Source of the DNA: Callorhinchus milii
Lineage: Eukaryota
Direction of reading: 5' to 3'
NCBI RefSeq assembly: GCF_018977255.1
Contig: NW_024704751.1
Location: forward strand, 13,102,673-13,146,000
DNA: 43,328 nucleotides
The notes under the pieces were generated by a model that saw only the letters and a program-made list of their open reading frames with translations, did no database searches and was not told where the DNA came from. The position numbers were made by a program, and so were the translations under genes. This document shows positions 11,613 to 24,507 of this stretch, piece by piece. Numbering within the stretch: the first letter of the stretch is position 1; each line of letters opens with the position of its first letter.

Positions 11613-13245
11613 TAATAATACTCCTTGCATTTGATATAGTACATATCGCATCACAGAGGCGTCTCAAAGCACTTCACAGAATGTACCATAAAGTGAAATG
11701 TGTATTTTGTGGGCGAAACGTGGCAGCCAACTGCGCACAGCAGTGTCCCACAAACAGTCGTGGATTGATTGACCAATTTTTAAAAAAATGTCATTGTCAT
11801 TGGATATTTTTCATATTTTGCGGATATGACATCGGATTCTAATTAGAGCGGTTCGCCTTTGAAAGGAAGATTATTTTAAAAGAGAATCTTCAAAGCATAA
11901 GTACTCTAAACCCACATCAGACAATAGCCTGACAAGCGTTTACACTGTCTCCAGCTTCAACTGCCTCCAAACCACAAAAAAGAATTATAGTTCACGATTA
12001 ACTTCATTAGACCCATCTTTACTTAATTCTTCACCAGATTTAATCTTAACATATGGTGTAAACAGACTCCATAATAACAAACTAGGTTGGGATTTGCAGA
12101 CCCCCAAGTGAAATCTGATCAATCAGGAGGAGCGAGGGCAGAATCATCATACTCTATGCCAACAATTTTAATTGTTAAAAGGTCATGAGACCAAAGTATA
12201 GTGTCTGAAGCCTTGGCCACTGAGGGTTGAACAGAAGTAGTCAGAAACAAGCAAGAATAATCCCTGTGGGAATTTGGCTGCCCTTCACTTAAAAGCTTCT
12301 GACACCTGATCAGAATAAATACTGTAATTCTTGCATTTGATATAGCGTCTTATAATGTCTTCGAGCGGTCTCAAAGTGCTTCACAGAATATACTATAAAG
12401 TGAATTGACTGTATATTTTGTGAACCTAGTCTACAAAATGCCACTTCACTTTCAATATGTTTCGTGAAGTGCATTGGGACATCCTCCTGACATGAAAGCT
12501 GCTATACCAAATGCGTGGATTATTATTGTTATTAGGATTATTATTTGTTGATATTTTATTCAATGAGCTGAAAATATACATAACTGGTCATCCCTAGACA
12601 GTGCTAGGTCCAAGATTATTACTGCTGGATTTTCTTTCACTGAGAGTTCATAGTTTATATTACAGAAAAAAGCTACTCCTGACAATTGAGTATCTATTGC
12701 TGTCTAGTGCATGATCTGAAAATAAAACAGTCTGCCCCAGGAAGATAAATCTGTTCAAGGTTAAACTCAGCTGTGGCTATTTTGTTTGTTTTCATTTAGC
12801 GAATTATTGTCAGATCGCTTTGTTTACTATACGCTTTGTATTTTAGTTTGTATAAAGTCTGTTTCATATACAGTCTCTCATATGTTGTTGATGGAAATAA
12901 TGTTTCCACACACAGTAAATAAAAGCAAGACAATTTTTTTTTGAAAAAAACTTTTTGAGTGCAATCTGTGTGTTGGAATTGCCATATAAAGACTGAATTT
13001 TGTTTGTAAGGTTTTTTTTGCATAAATGGATAGATTCTTTATCCACAATATTTCTGATTTTAATTTTTTTAAAAAAACTGGTCACTCAACCTACGACTGT
13101 TTGTGGGACGCTGCTGTGTGCTGCTGCATTTCGCCCACGAAGTATACAGTCAATTCACTATACACTATAGTCTGTGAAGCGAGTTGAGACGTCTCAAAGA
13201 CGTGATAAGGTGGTAGATCAAATGCAAGGATTATTATTATTGTTG
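11613..13245. mobile_element. Cluster of SINE fragments (about 11613-11780 minus, 12322-12425 minus, 12445-12545 plus, 13080-13245 plus)
   Basis: Same tail and core consensus as the other copies. Confidence 0.7.
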
Positions 13246-14182
13246 TAAATTTTCAGTACAACAGGACAGTCAACATTAGCTGATTTTCTTTTTCAGTTTA
13301 AGGTGGAGAGACGTTAACCCTTTTACAAATGCAGATGAGAAATTTCGAAGCCTCTGGCCCCAAAGTTTTAACTTAGACCAATCTGTCTTGGTCACATTAT
13401 TGTGGTTCTGCTGGTTTATAGAGGAATTTTATTTGGAATCCTGCGCCTCATAAAAACAATTCAAGTTGTTAAATGTTTCCCACGGTGAGTACATGTTGCA
13501 AATCTGTTTTTAATTCCATCATAAATCAACAGTAGTGACTGCACTGTGAAGAGAGTCGAGAACTGCCACAGTCCTGCATAACATTACCATAATAGTCCTT
13601 TCTAAACAAACTGGTTAAGGTTATCTTGTTTCCAAGCTGATAAAGTAAATATTACTATAAAACACATTAATTTCTTTAATTTGGCCGTTGATTTTTTAAC
13701 GAAATGGACATTCAGTGTTATTAAGGGAATGGATTAACAGAAAACTGATTATTTTTCAATTAGCATCTATGAGAGGTAGCAGAATTTGATTATTTTATGA
13801 AAGTGTTGTGAATATAACATCATTCTAGTTTCACATGCACTTAAAACAGTCTTTAAACTGTCCCCAAATAATTGGAAATGCCACATTCTCTCCCCCCCCC
13901 TCCAGTGATGGTCAATAGTTTTGTCTGTGACCCACGCAACACCAAATCACCTTCAGGTGTTGCAGAGATGTTAAGAGCATCAAAAATTATAGTTTGTACC
14001 TCATATAAACATTAAGGGAAACAATATAATGACTGTCCAATAAAATGGATGCATTTTATTACCCATTAAACTCTTGTGAGACGAATAAAGCCACTAGCTC
14101 TAAAATTCAAAAGGCTCATTCCCAGCCACGATAATTGCATTGGTTGTTTGGTGCCATCTAGTGATAGATTTACTGAATAATA

Positions 14183-14870
14183 TCATAGAGTCAGAATCGT
14201 ACAGCACAAAAAAACGGCCATTCGGCCCATCGAGTCTGTGCCGGCTCTTTGAACAGAGCAATTAATGTCAATCCCACTCCGCAGCCCTTTCCCCATAACC
14301 CTGCAAACCCGTCCTCCTTAAATACCCGTCCACCGCGTTTTTAAAAGTTACTACCGAATCGGCCTCCGCCGCCCTTTCAGGCAATGCGTTCCAGATTCGA
14401 ACAACTCGCTGCGTGAAAACATTTCTTCTCCCCTCCCCTCGGCTTCTTTTAGAGACTATTTTGAATCTGTGACCTCGAGTCACCGACACACCCACCAGTG
14501 GACACAGTTTCTCCCTTTCTAACCTGTCAAATCCCCTCATGATGTTGAAGACCTCTATTAGGTCTCCTCGTAACCTTCTCTGCTCCATTGAGAATAATCC
14601 TAACCTCTCCAGCCTTTCCTCATCATCACGGTCCCTCATTCCTGGTACCATCCTCGTAAATCTCCTCTGCGCCCTTTCCAATGCCTTAACATATAGTGCG
14701 GTGCCCAGAACCGGGCGCAGTATTCTAACTGAGGCCTAACCAGTGTTTTATATCGGTTAATCATAACCTCCTGACTCTCGTACTCTACGCCCCTATTTAT
14801 AAAGCCTGGTATCCCATATGCCCCTTTTTACAGCCTTATGTACCTGTCCTGCCACCTTCAAGGATTCATT
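14183..14870 (-). mobile_element. CR1 LINE 3' portion (end of ORF2 plus 3' UTR)
   Basis: ORF 14268-14681 (ERAQRRFTRMVPGM...LERLGLFSMEQRRLRGDLIEVF...TRGHRFK...FTQRVVRIWNALP) is the typical CR1 ORF2 C-terminus; the 3' UTR contains GATGGGCCGAATGGCC. Confidence 0.9.
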
Positions 14871-14877
14871 TACCTGC

Positions 14878-15220
14878 ATAATCCTTGCAACTCGGTCGTA
14901 TGACGCGTTTGATTTTTCACGTCAGGAATTACTGTAAAAGCGGAGTGACTGCGAACTTCAAGGCGAACCCGGCAGCCCAGTGGCACGGGGCGCCGTCCCT
15001 TAGCATCACGCCGTCCGAGCCGCTCCGGGACGCCAGCCTGCCCGAGGAGCGCCGCACACACTCAAGCTGTTGCCGCGGCTGTTGTCCCCGTTTTATTTGG
15101 GGGGGGGGACGAATCGTCGGCCGGGACCGCCGGGAGAAACTGCCCCCTTTTTGAACGACGCCGCGGCTTCTCGATTGCCCACCTCCCGAACACAGGCGGG
15201 CGGGAACCCGGTTCAACGGC
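14878..15220 (-). mobile_element. Strongly GC-shifted SINE at the edge of the CpG island
   Basis: ATAATCCTTGCAA...GGCGAACCCGGCAGCCCAGTGGCACGG, collinear with the family consensus. Confidence 0.45.
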
Positions 15221-16260
15221 TCATCCCGGGGGGGGGGGGTGGGGGCTCGGCCCCACGCGGCCTTCCGAGCCCGACCCAACCGAGCCCCGGCCGACACGGG
15301 CATCGCCGGCTCCGCGCCCCACCATCGGCGGTCGGGCCTTCAGCCTCTCTTGCCCTCCCCCACCCGAACCCTTTGGAACTCCATCCCACAGTCCCTTCAC
15401 CTTCCTCCCCCTCCCCATCCCCTCTCCCCATCCCCCTCCTCTCCCCATCCCCCCTCCTCTCCCCATCCCCTCGCCTCCTTCGAGCCCTGTCCCATGATTA
15501 TTACGATGACTCTTATCAGCAGCTGCTGATGGCGAGCGGTACCTTCTTTGGCCGCCGGTTGGTTGCCATGCGGTTGCTGGGCAGCTTGTTTGAAACGTCA
15601 CGCGGACGTCAACGGCCAGCTCCGCCAAGCGAGGGGACCGGAAACGGTTGCTCGCGCTGCGCTCTGGGAGTTGTAGTTCTCTCCCCACCCTCACGCGGGC
15701 CGGCCGGCCACGCGCCGCCCGCAGCCACGTGACTGACCGGAAAACTACAAGCCCCAGCGGGCAGCGCGGCCCACGCAAACCCGCACACGGGAGCCCCTCC
15801 TCCTCCGAGATCCCGCCTGACTCCGTCTCCAATTGGTCGCGAGCGCCCGCCCGCCCCCGCGCCCTGCGGTCTGATTGGCTGCTCGTGTGGTCAATCGGAG
15901 GGGCGGCTTCCGGTATGAAGCTCGGTTGGCGCCGGAGCGTGGGCGACGCAGGGTCCAGGCCGGGGAGGACCTGACTGACCTGAAGGCTTTCCCCCCCCCC
16001 TCTCTCCCTCACTCCCTCCCTCTCCCTCTCTCTCTCCTTCTCTTTTCTTCCTCTCTTCAACGGAAGCCATTGGAGAGGTAAATTAAAAGCGCGGACGCTG
16101 CCGTCGGTGTCGAGTATTACCTCAGAACGTGAACGGTTCTGAGGTAATAACGAGGGTCGAGGGGGGCGGTGGTGTGGGGGGAGAGGCGAGCGTTTAAAGA
16201 CCCCGAATATGGGCGGGAGGGAGGGAGGGAGGGAAAGGCCGCTGAGGTGAGGCTGAAGCC
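14950..16260. promoter_or_regulatory. CpG island, likely ZBTB8B promoter and non-coding first exon
   Basis: Dense CpG. ZNF143-type ACTACAAnnCCCAG motifs at 15664-15677 (minus) and 15744-15757 (plus), E-box CACGTGAC at 15726, ETS cores (CCGGAA/TTCCGG), CCAAT boxes near 15829 and 15874, an RFX-like GTTGCCATG at 15562. Candidate donor GAG|GTAAAT after 16077. Confidence 0.7.
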
Positions 16261-16774
16261 TGTTGTAAATATAATAATAATAATAATAATTAAAATTAAA
16301 ATACTAACAGTCTTTGCCTTTGAATATTTAGCGCCTCTCATCGGTTTCTCAGTTCGGTTGAGACGTGTTTTTTTTAAAAAAGTAATTAATTCATTTTTTT
16401 TTATTCATCAGTTGTACACACACACACATATATATGTCTCTCTTATTTAACTTCGTAATAACGCCCCGAAAATGGATCGACTCGTGCTTTTTGGGGGGAT
16501 TTTTTTTTGTGTGGGTGTGTGGGTGTGATACCGGCTCCTGGTGGTTTCTTTCTCGGTGGTGGGGGGGTGGGGTGTGTGGGGAAGTGTTTAAAATCCCCCC
16601 CTTTTCTCCCCAAAATGAATGAAATCCAGGCCACTTGTTATGGTTCGAACAAAGGATCCGTGACGTCATGGCGACATTGCCCCCCCCACACACACACACA
16701 CACTCACACACACCCCCTCCTCGGAAATAGTCTTTTTCTCATAATAATTGGCCCCATTCAAAGCCCCGTGTCCC

Positions 16775-16900
16775 TAGAAACAAAGAAACATAGAAACAGG
16801 AGGAGGCCATTCAGCCCCTCGAGCCTGTTCTGCTATAAAATCAGTACCTCAATCCCAATTACCCACCCTTGCCCCCCCCCCGTTATCCTGTAATACCCCG
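16775..16900 (-). mobile_element. CR1 3' end fragment
   Basis: AGAAACATAGAAACAGGAGGAGGCCATTCAGCCCCTCGAGCCTGTTCTGC. Confidence 0.65.
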
Positions 16901-16974
16901 ACCTGACAGGTACCTGCGTCTCTGTCTGTGCCTCTCTGTCTGTTTGTCCGTCTGTCTCTCAATGTAATGATAAT

Positions 16975-17790
16975 TTGGTCACTCAATCCACCGACCCGTT
17001 TGCGGGGCACTGCTGCACGCGATCGGCTGCTGTGTTTTTGCCCACGAAATATACGGTCGATTCGCTTTACACTATGTCTGGTGAAGTGCTTCTGAGTGTT
17101 CAAAAAGAACGAGTCAATCCGTTCCGAGACAACTCAAAGACGTAATCGGGCTATATCCAATAAAAAATCAAAAGGATTATTACTATGTCTCTGTATGTGT
17201 CTTCTGTCCTATTAGTTTAATTTTTTTTGATAAACTAATTTTCCATAATGGATGGGGTATCTATTTATTTGGGAATATTTGTGTTGAGCGGGAGTAGTAT
17301 TTTAACACTGTTTGTACAATATTTTCATTGGAATGTTCTAACAGTAATACCGTAACAGTTATATATTTCCAGCCCATGTGTACTGGGCATCTTAACTATA
17401 AGCTTGATACAGTGAGCTTTGTGGGCATTAATTTTTGCTCCAACAAAAATCTGCATGGCAGTAGAAGAATTTAGAGGGGTTTGTTGAGACCTGCCAAAGT
17501 CTCTCAAAGAATATACTATAAAGTGAATTGATTTTGCGCGTGAAACGTCGCAACAGATTGCGCACAGCATTGTCCACAAATAATCGTGGATTGAGTCACC
17601 CCTTTTTTTTNCTTTGAGGGGATTATTACCTCCTGGAAGCCATCCGCCATTCGACTAACATCCGGGTTAGTGTTTATTTCTAAATAAACAGAAGCGTGTA
17701 GAGTAATTTAACTTGCCCCGCCCAGGAATTGAACCCATGTCCTCTTGCTTGTGATGTGAGTGCTCTAACCAAAACGCAACAGGACTCCAC
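16975..17790. mobile_element. Two SINEs (about 16975-17185 plus; 17490-17790 minus, with head)
   Basis: Core and tail consensus; head remnant GGAATTGAACCCATGTCCTCTTGC...GTGCTCTAACC. Confidence 0.7.
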
Positions 17791-18451
17791 CCAGATGCAG
17801 CTGAGTCCACATGCAGCTGACTCAAAAAAAATCATGATTAACAATAGGACAATTCTTCCTCTAACACAGCCCCATTTTTAGTGTAAATACATTGGTACAA
17901 TTACAATACTAAATGTAGCTGAGGACAGATCCTGTGTTTGGTACGACTTCTATTTTCTTCTTTAATTCCATCCCTGACTGGTAGGCTGAACATTTCCTGT
18001 TTGCCCCGGTAGTTAAGAATGCACATGAAATACATTTGGCCAGTCTCACCCATTTTCCTATGTGAGTGGGCCGAAAGCTCAACACTGGCCACGATTCAAC
18101 ACAAACGCCATTAAGTCGACAATCTGGGCTCAGTAAGGCCAGGAGGTTAAAACTGATGTAGAAAATGGAAAATAATGCACTAGTGATGTGGCATTTCTGT
18201 GATTGGAGATGACCTGCATTATAAATTGCAGAGTGAAGAGAGCTTTGCATCTACCTTGTTACAGCTGGGAATTATGCTTTGATAACTACCACTGGGTGCT
18301 CAAAATCAGACAACGTCTCATTCCCAGCAACAATGTTTTTTTATCTTGATCAGCATAGCGATCCTCCAAAAGACAAACCTCTCTTTATCTATGATGCCAT
18401 TTATTTTGCAGATAAAAGAAGCATCCTTTGGCAAATACCCGCTGATGAAAG

Positions 18452-21239
18452 ATGGAGATCTCGTCCTATTACACTAAGCTTCTGGGGGAGCTGAATGAGC
18501 AGAGGAAGCAGGACTTCTTCTGTGACTGCAGCATCATTGTGGAGGGAAGAATCTTCAAAGCGCACCGCAATATCTTATTTGCCAACAGTGGTTACTTCAG
18601 AGCCTTGCTAATCCATTACATCCATGACAGTGGGCGCCCCAGCACTGCCTCCCTGGACATTGTAACATCTGATGCCTTTTCCATAATCTTGGACTTCCTG
18701 TATTCTGGAAAGTTGAACCTTTGCAGCAAGAATGTTATTGAAGTCATGTCGGCTGCCAGTTACCTGCAGATGACTGACGTGGTCAGCTTCTGCAAATTGT
18801 ACATCAGATCTGCCCTTGATATCAGTGTAAAAGAGGAGAAGGATGATAATTGCAACCATGTGGAGAATGGCGGGAATGTAGCAGCCTTTGCAGAAGCTGT
18901 TAACTACTGCAGGAATCAGTCCTCAGTTCAGCAGAAAGAGTCGAGCCCTGATCGTAACAAAGGACTCCCTTGGACTGAATGTGAGGTTTATCATTCGATT
19001 GATCTGGCTCAGAAAGATCAGGATAGCCTCTCTCCTGAGAAGTCAACATTACCCAAACTTCCAGAACCCAAAGTTGAGTATGACGAGGACGAGGTGGAAT
19101 CTGTGGAAAGATTCCGTCAGTTTCCCACCTCTGCTGCAGATCAGGTTGAGGAGAGGTTGCAGTCCACGCCAGCTATAGAGATCGCTTACGAGAATTATCA
19201 GATGAAACAGTTCTTGGAGGTTTTATTGAGGACCGGGAATGTTCAGCGGAAGGAGGAACTAATCCAGCATTTTTCCAGAGGAGTCGGAGGACGTTCAGAG
19301 GATGGAGGAGGGTCTTTCTCCAATATGATGGATGTACAAAGTGACTGGTATGGGGAAGATGCAGGTGAGATGCCCAGCACTAACAAATATTTAAGTGGAT
19401 CGCAGCAGCAATAGAATAGGGGGGAAATATCTGTTGAGAGTATTTGAAATCCTAAAGCTGTAATTTACCATGTTCAGGTAGGTATTGCAGCTGTATTGAA
19501 ATATTTAGTCGGTCCAATAAAATCTGTTTTCTCCTCTCTCCACATCTTTCCTTCCCGAGTAAAAGTGAGAGTTTGCAATGTCTAGTGCTGCTTCAGACCA
19601 TTCTCCCTCGGCTACCAGTACCCTGTGCTTTGGTCTTTGCGAGAGCTGTACTAGTGGAATGACTGCTACACAGAATGGTAAGAGTGTGGAATTTTCTGCC
19701 CCAGTCAGTTGTTGTGTATATTCAAAAAACGACTGGACACAAGAACAACAATAGATTGCATTTATACAGCGTCTTTCACACCGGGAGGGTGTCCCAACGT
19801 GCTGAATATGGGTAAGACAGAATAAAGTTTAGGATATGGGGGAAAAGCCAGGATATGGAATGAGGGATAGCTTCTAGGATAGGTGCTTGCGTGGAGTATA
19901 AACACCAGCCGACTGAATTGCCTGTTTCTGAGCTGTACCATCTATAAGACTATGAATCTTTCCTGTTGAACAGTTGCAAAGAATTATTTTTAACAAATTA
20001 CTGCTTTACCTGCAGGCAGTGATTGTTTTCAAGGGTTGATTTTGTTTTGTACACGCTGTTCATTATCCAATTACTGATAACTATTGTTGGGTTGATTTAT
20101 GTTTTGCAGGATGGCTTATCTGTATCATTCTGTGCTTTGCTTCTGAAAGTGTTTGGTTTCTGTTTCCAGGTAATGGGATAATTGTGCCAAAAAAGATCTA
20201 CAAGTGTCCGTTCTGCACCTACACAGCAAAGCAGAAAGGTATACTAAAGCGACACATGCGCTCACATACCGGAGAGCGTCCATACCCGTGTGAGACCTGT
20301 GGAAAGAGATTCACCAGACTGGAGCACCTCCGCAGCCATGCGTTAAGTGTGAGTAAAGCTGTCACATCTTCATTAGATGCGGAAGTAGCCATTGTACAGG
20401 TCCTTCCTGCCCTACCATGGAGTCTTGTACCTCAGTGGTTAGAGCACTCCCCTTGCAAGCGAGAGGACCTAAGTTTGATTCCCGGGCAGGGCAAAACTGG
20501 GCAAATTTCTTTGCTCTGCACGCATGCCTCTGTTTACTCAGCAGTAAGTAGGAACCCGAGTCAATTGGCTCATCGCTTTTCTGGGGTTAATAATTCCTTC
20601 AAGATAATATGGTTGACAAAACAACTAACTGCATAATATTCTGTGCTTTGGAAGTCCGAAACTCAAATCCACGCTAAATTTGGGAGCAACTGTTGATTTT
20701 ACAGTAAATGGGAGTTCAGAAATCTTAATTCTAAGCTAAAATTCATCCTCAGAGAGCATGCACAAAGACAAACTTGTTTATCTTTACCTAAAGCTGATCC
20801 TTATCCAGGATTCATGATCACTGCTCCACCCAATTCAGGAGTTGTGCATCTCTCTGGTGCAAACAATCCGAGTTGACCAACCCGTTTGTCAACAAATTGA
20901 AGTAAACTTGTTGACTTCTTTCTTCCTCAGGTACATCGCTCCAACAGACCGATTGTTTGCAAGGGATGCAGGAGAACATTTATCAGCAACCTGCAGCACG
21001 GTGCAAGGCGCTTTGGTCTTTGCGAGGGCTGCACCTGTGTAATGACTACCAATGAAGAAGCATCTCCGGTCAATCTATGCCAGAATGAGCAGATTTTAGA
21101 CAACCAGGAGAAGGAAGAGAAAGACCCAGGCTGGCCTGTATACATTGAGTCCAGTGAAGAGAATGAATCTGCAGGAGACAATGCGGATGACAAGCAGCAG
21201 ATTCAGAGAAACTTGGAGGATGGGGAAGGATTTATCTAG
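18452..21239 (+). CDS. ZBTB8B: Zinc finger and BTB domain-containing protein 8B (466 aa)
   Basis: Coding exons 18452-19364 (acceptor before 18412; BTB domain [57 protein letters not shown]...), 20170-20348 (two C2H2 fingers, [47 protein letters not shown]) and 20931-21239 ([17 protein letters not shown]...stop). Phases 1 and 0 join correctly. The N-terminus matches recalled vertebrate ZBTB8B. Confidence 0.93.
19665..19955 (+). mobile_element. Degenerate CR1 3' fragment interrupted by an L2-type tail
   Basis: ACACAGAATGGTAAGAGTGTGGAATTTTCTGCC...GACTGAATTGCCTGTTTCTGAGCTGTA; inverted tail at about 19745-19805. Confidence 0.55.
20418..20602 (+). mobile_element. SINE 5' half
   Basis: GGAGTCTTGTACCTCAGTGGTTAGAGCACTCC...AGTTTGATTCCC plus the central segment. 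Confidence 0.75.
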
Positions 21240-21267
21240 TGCCGCCCTTAACCATTTCCTTTCCAGG

Positions 21268-21505
21268 AACATGGGAACCTAGGAACAGGAGCAGGCTATT
21301 CAGCCCGTCGAGCCTGTGCCCCCATTCTGTAAGATCATGGCTGATCTGTACCTCAACTCTATCTGTATCCCAATTACCTGCCCTTTGCCCCATATCCCTT
21401 TGATACCCTGACCTAACAAATATCTATCCACCTCAGTCTTGAAAATTTGAATGGATGCAACATCCACAGCCTTTTGGGGGGAAACAGAATTCCAGATTTG
21501 AGAGT
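21268..21505 (-). mobile_element. CR1 3' end, antisense, in the ZBTB8B 3' UTR
   Basis: GGAACAGGAGCAGGCTATTCAGCCCGTCGAGCCTG...AAGATCATGGCTGATCTGTACCTCAACTC; begins about 30 nt after the stop codon. Confidence 0.75.
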
Positions 21506-23204
21506 TGCACATGTTCACTGAGTACCATGTTTAAAAATTGCAGCTGTGTACCATCATGTATAGTTTGAAACCTAAAGGCCAAAGAAATTGCGGACACTGC
21601 AGATCCTTCACAGATGTCTGAATAGGATATTAGTCACTTGAAAGAACCTCCGCCCTCGTTCAAGTGACCAGGTAAAACATGAGATTAAAGCACTAGAAGT
21701 GACTGCCAAGTCTGACTGGAGGAAGGCAGGAAGCTTCATTCTTTGTTAACTCTTGGAACGAAAATATCTGCTGGTAAAACCAAAGTGAGATCTTCTGTGC
21801 TAGTAGAATATCGGAGACAGTCCCTTTTTCAGACTGTGATGGCTAAATGACTTATTTTTGCTTACTTATTAAGTGCTTCGGGACGCTACCCCGTGTGAAG
21901 GGCACTATATAAATGCAAGTTGTTGTATTTTTGCTGGTGAGAAATATTTTCATTAATACACAGACTTGTGTTCCCAACGAAAATTCTGCATATACACAAC
22001 AGGGCTGGAATAATTGAGTTACTAGTTCTGAGCAAGAAGTCAAAAGTTAACAGTTGTTCAGACTCTGCCAATGATATATTATCACTTATGAATTTTAAGA
22101 TCAAACAGTTTAAGATTCTGTGAGTTGAATAAATATGTACTTTTTTTAGTAGCATTAAAAGATCACAACGATCTTGGTGATGGACATTTAAGTATTCCTT
22201 ATTGATTAACATGGATGTTTTATAACTTGTACATAGTGGATATTGTTGTGTTGGTGGTCCTATGGGTGAGTAAAATCTGTACTACAGTGGTTCCCTCATA
22301 TTTTTCCAGACGCTAGAATCACTGGATTAGCTCTGTGTGTGTGTGTGTAATGCAGCATAACTGGTTCCGTAATATAACACACCCTATCTGGGGCTTGTCA
22401 GGTGGGGAGGGACACTAAGCAATTAAGGAATGTTTGCCAGCACTTGTTTTTATGTTTAGAATGTATAACCATTCTCATTATCGATGTCTTCTGTCGGATG
22501 GTGATTTTTTTTAATGTACATGTTTTAATTTGTCCTCCTGCCTGCGGGTTTGACTAAATAGATCAGCAAAATGGATATACACTAACTATACGATATAGAG
22601 ATTTTGAAGAATGCTGTTCTTCGTATAATGAAAGGTGAACTGCAAGGGCTAGAAAATAGTTTTTTTTTTGAAAAAAGAACATGTCCTCCAGGCCAGGTAA
22701 CTAAAATTAGTCTTTGTGTGTCTTAAAAGTGTAGTTGTTCTGATGGATATACAGTACCAGTCATGTTTAAACTGCAGTAGTTGTTGGTTGTTTTTTGACA
22801 TCCACATTTGACTTGCCTGAGGGGATGTGACTATTGCTGTTGTTGATCCCTCACCCAATCAGCCCTTAATTGTCTTTTTGTGTCACAATTTAATTATAGG
22901 ATGGAAACTTCTCTCTGTTGCTCAATGTTATGTCACCGTTGTCTGGTCTATTATGTTGGCCGAGAAAGTGGCCATTTGGAAATCTATTTTTTATGACTAT
23001 ACCTGACTGAGTTGATATAATGTACTTGAATATGTTGTAAAAATTTGCTTCTAGATTATACTGAGAATTTTTTTCTTTTTGATTGGAAACTGAATAAAAA
23101 GGGCCATATTGTTTAATTTGAAAGTGTGTCAGTTCACCAATCTGCAGTGACACTGACCTTTTTTGACCATTTCATATATCCCTCTGATTGGGAGTTTGAA
23201 CAGA

Positions 23205-23480
23205 TGACGGTTCCTGGATGGTTAAGCGGGTTGCCATACGGTCTTTTTATCGTGGGCATCTGGGTTTGAATTAGGCATAAAACATTGAGATTAAAGTCTT
23301 CCCTATTTGCTCATTTGTAAGGATCAAATGTAAAATGCTTATAGACAGCCCAGTTTCATTTGAGAATGAGTTCACTGGACAGAACTACCCTCAATTTGTC
23401 TCATTTAGAATACAAGTGTGATTGGTGTAGGAAACCACACTGATGCAGTGAGATATTCCTCTATGGTTGAGCATAAAGTC
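23205..23480 (+). mobile_element. Possible ancient LF-SINE-like relic
   Basis: Weak collinear resemblance to a recalled LF-SINE-type consensus: CTGGATGG...TCTTTT...CTGGGTTTGAATT...AAAGTCTTCC...ATGTAAAATG...CAGCCCAGTTTC. Highly diverged. Confidence 0.35.
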
Positions 23481-24137
23481 TAAACATATTAAAATGTATG
23501 TTTTTGGTTACTCAATGATCACTCAATCCACCCAATTTACCACTGCAGTTCAAATGTACGAAAAAAAAGCCATATCATGAAATGGAAGAGCACAAATTCA
23601 TCAAACTCCCAACCACTGACATCCTTCGAACCTCTGAGAAACCTTTAAACCTATGTGATCCATTGCTGCTATAAAGGTTGTCAATGCGATTTGGCAGATA
23701 ACCCGTTTAAATGAATGGCTTCTTTAATTACTCTTCAGTTTCTTTATACGGGCTCTTTTGAGAATAAGATGTCTATAAACGGAATACAACATTTCTGTGG
23801 TTGTAACTGTCATTGAAAATCATCTCTGGTTGTCTATAATTCATTCACTCTGGATGACACAAAGCTATAAAGCCATGTACTGTATTGTTTGGTTGAGTGT
23901 TTTTGTCACTTTTCTTCCCCTCCTCCTGTAGTGACTTGTTGGGGTACAGTTCCACAGGCGCTGGCAGCCTTCTGGTACTGAGTCCAAGAGAAAATTGTTT
24001 CTCTGCATTTCTTGATAGGCTATTTGACTGGGATCCATTGTAACTGAGCCTGATCGGTTGTCGCCTGATTTCATCCATGCTAGCGGTTTTCTATATATAC
24101 CAGGGTAATAATGCCTTCAAAAATAATAATAATAATA

Positions 24138-24305
24138 TGGCCACTGAATCCACGACTGTTTGCGCGACACTGCCGTGTGCAATCGGCTGCCGCGTTTCGC
24201 CCACAAAACACGCAGTCAATTCACTTTACGGTGTATTCTGTGAAGCACTTTTGAGACGTCTCGAAGATGTGATCAGGTGCTGCATCATATGCAAGGATTA
24301 TTATT
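24138..24305 (+). mobile_element. SINE 3' half
   Basis: ATCCACGACTGTTTGCGCGACACTGCCGTGTGCAATCGGCTGCCGCG...GCAAGGATTATTATT. Confidence 0.8.
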
Positions 24306-24507
24306 TTCAGCAGAGATTTTCCTCTCTCCACACTCTAACCTCTCTAACACAGCAACGCTGATGCCATCCGTCCCCCCCCCCACCCGACCCTCAGCCGTCA
24401 GAGAAGCCTAAATGTTATTTAATTTTTTGAACTGTAGTGAAAAACAGATTTTGTCTCTTTCAAAAAAAAATGTAATCGCTAAAATTGCATGAACCAGAGT
24501 CGTACAC

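Noticed and set aside
14885-16081. Overlapping 100-280 aa ORFs
   Set aside because: Expected in a GC-rich CpG island; low-complexity translations on both strands.
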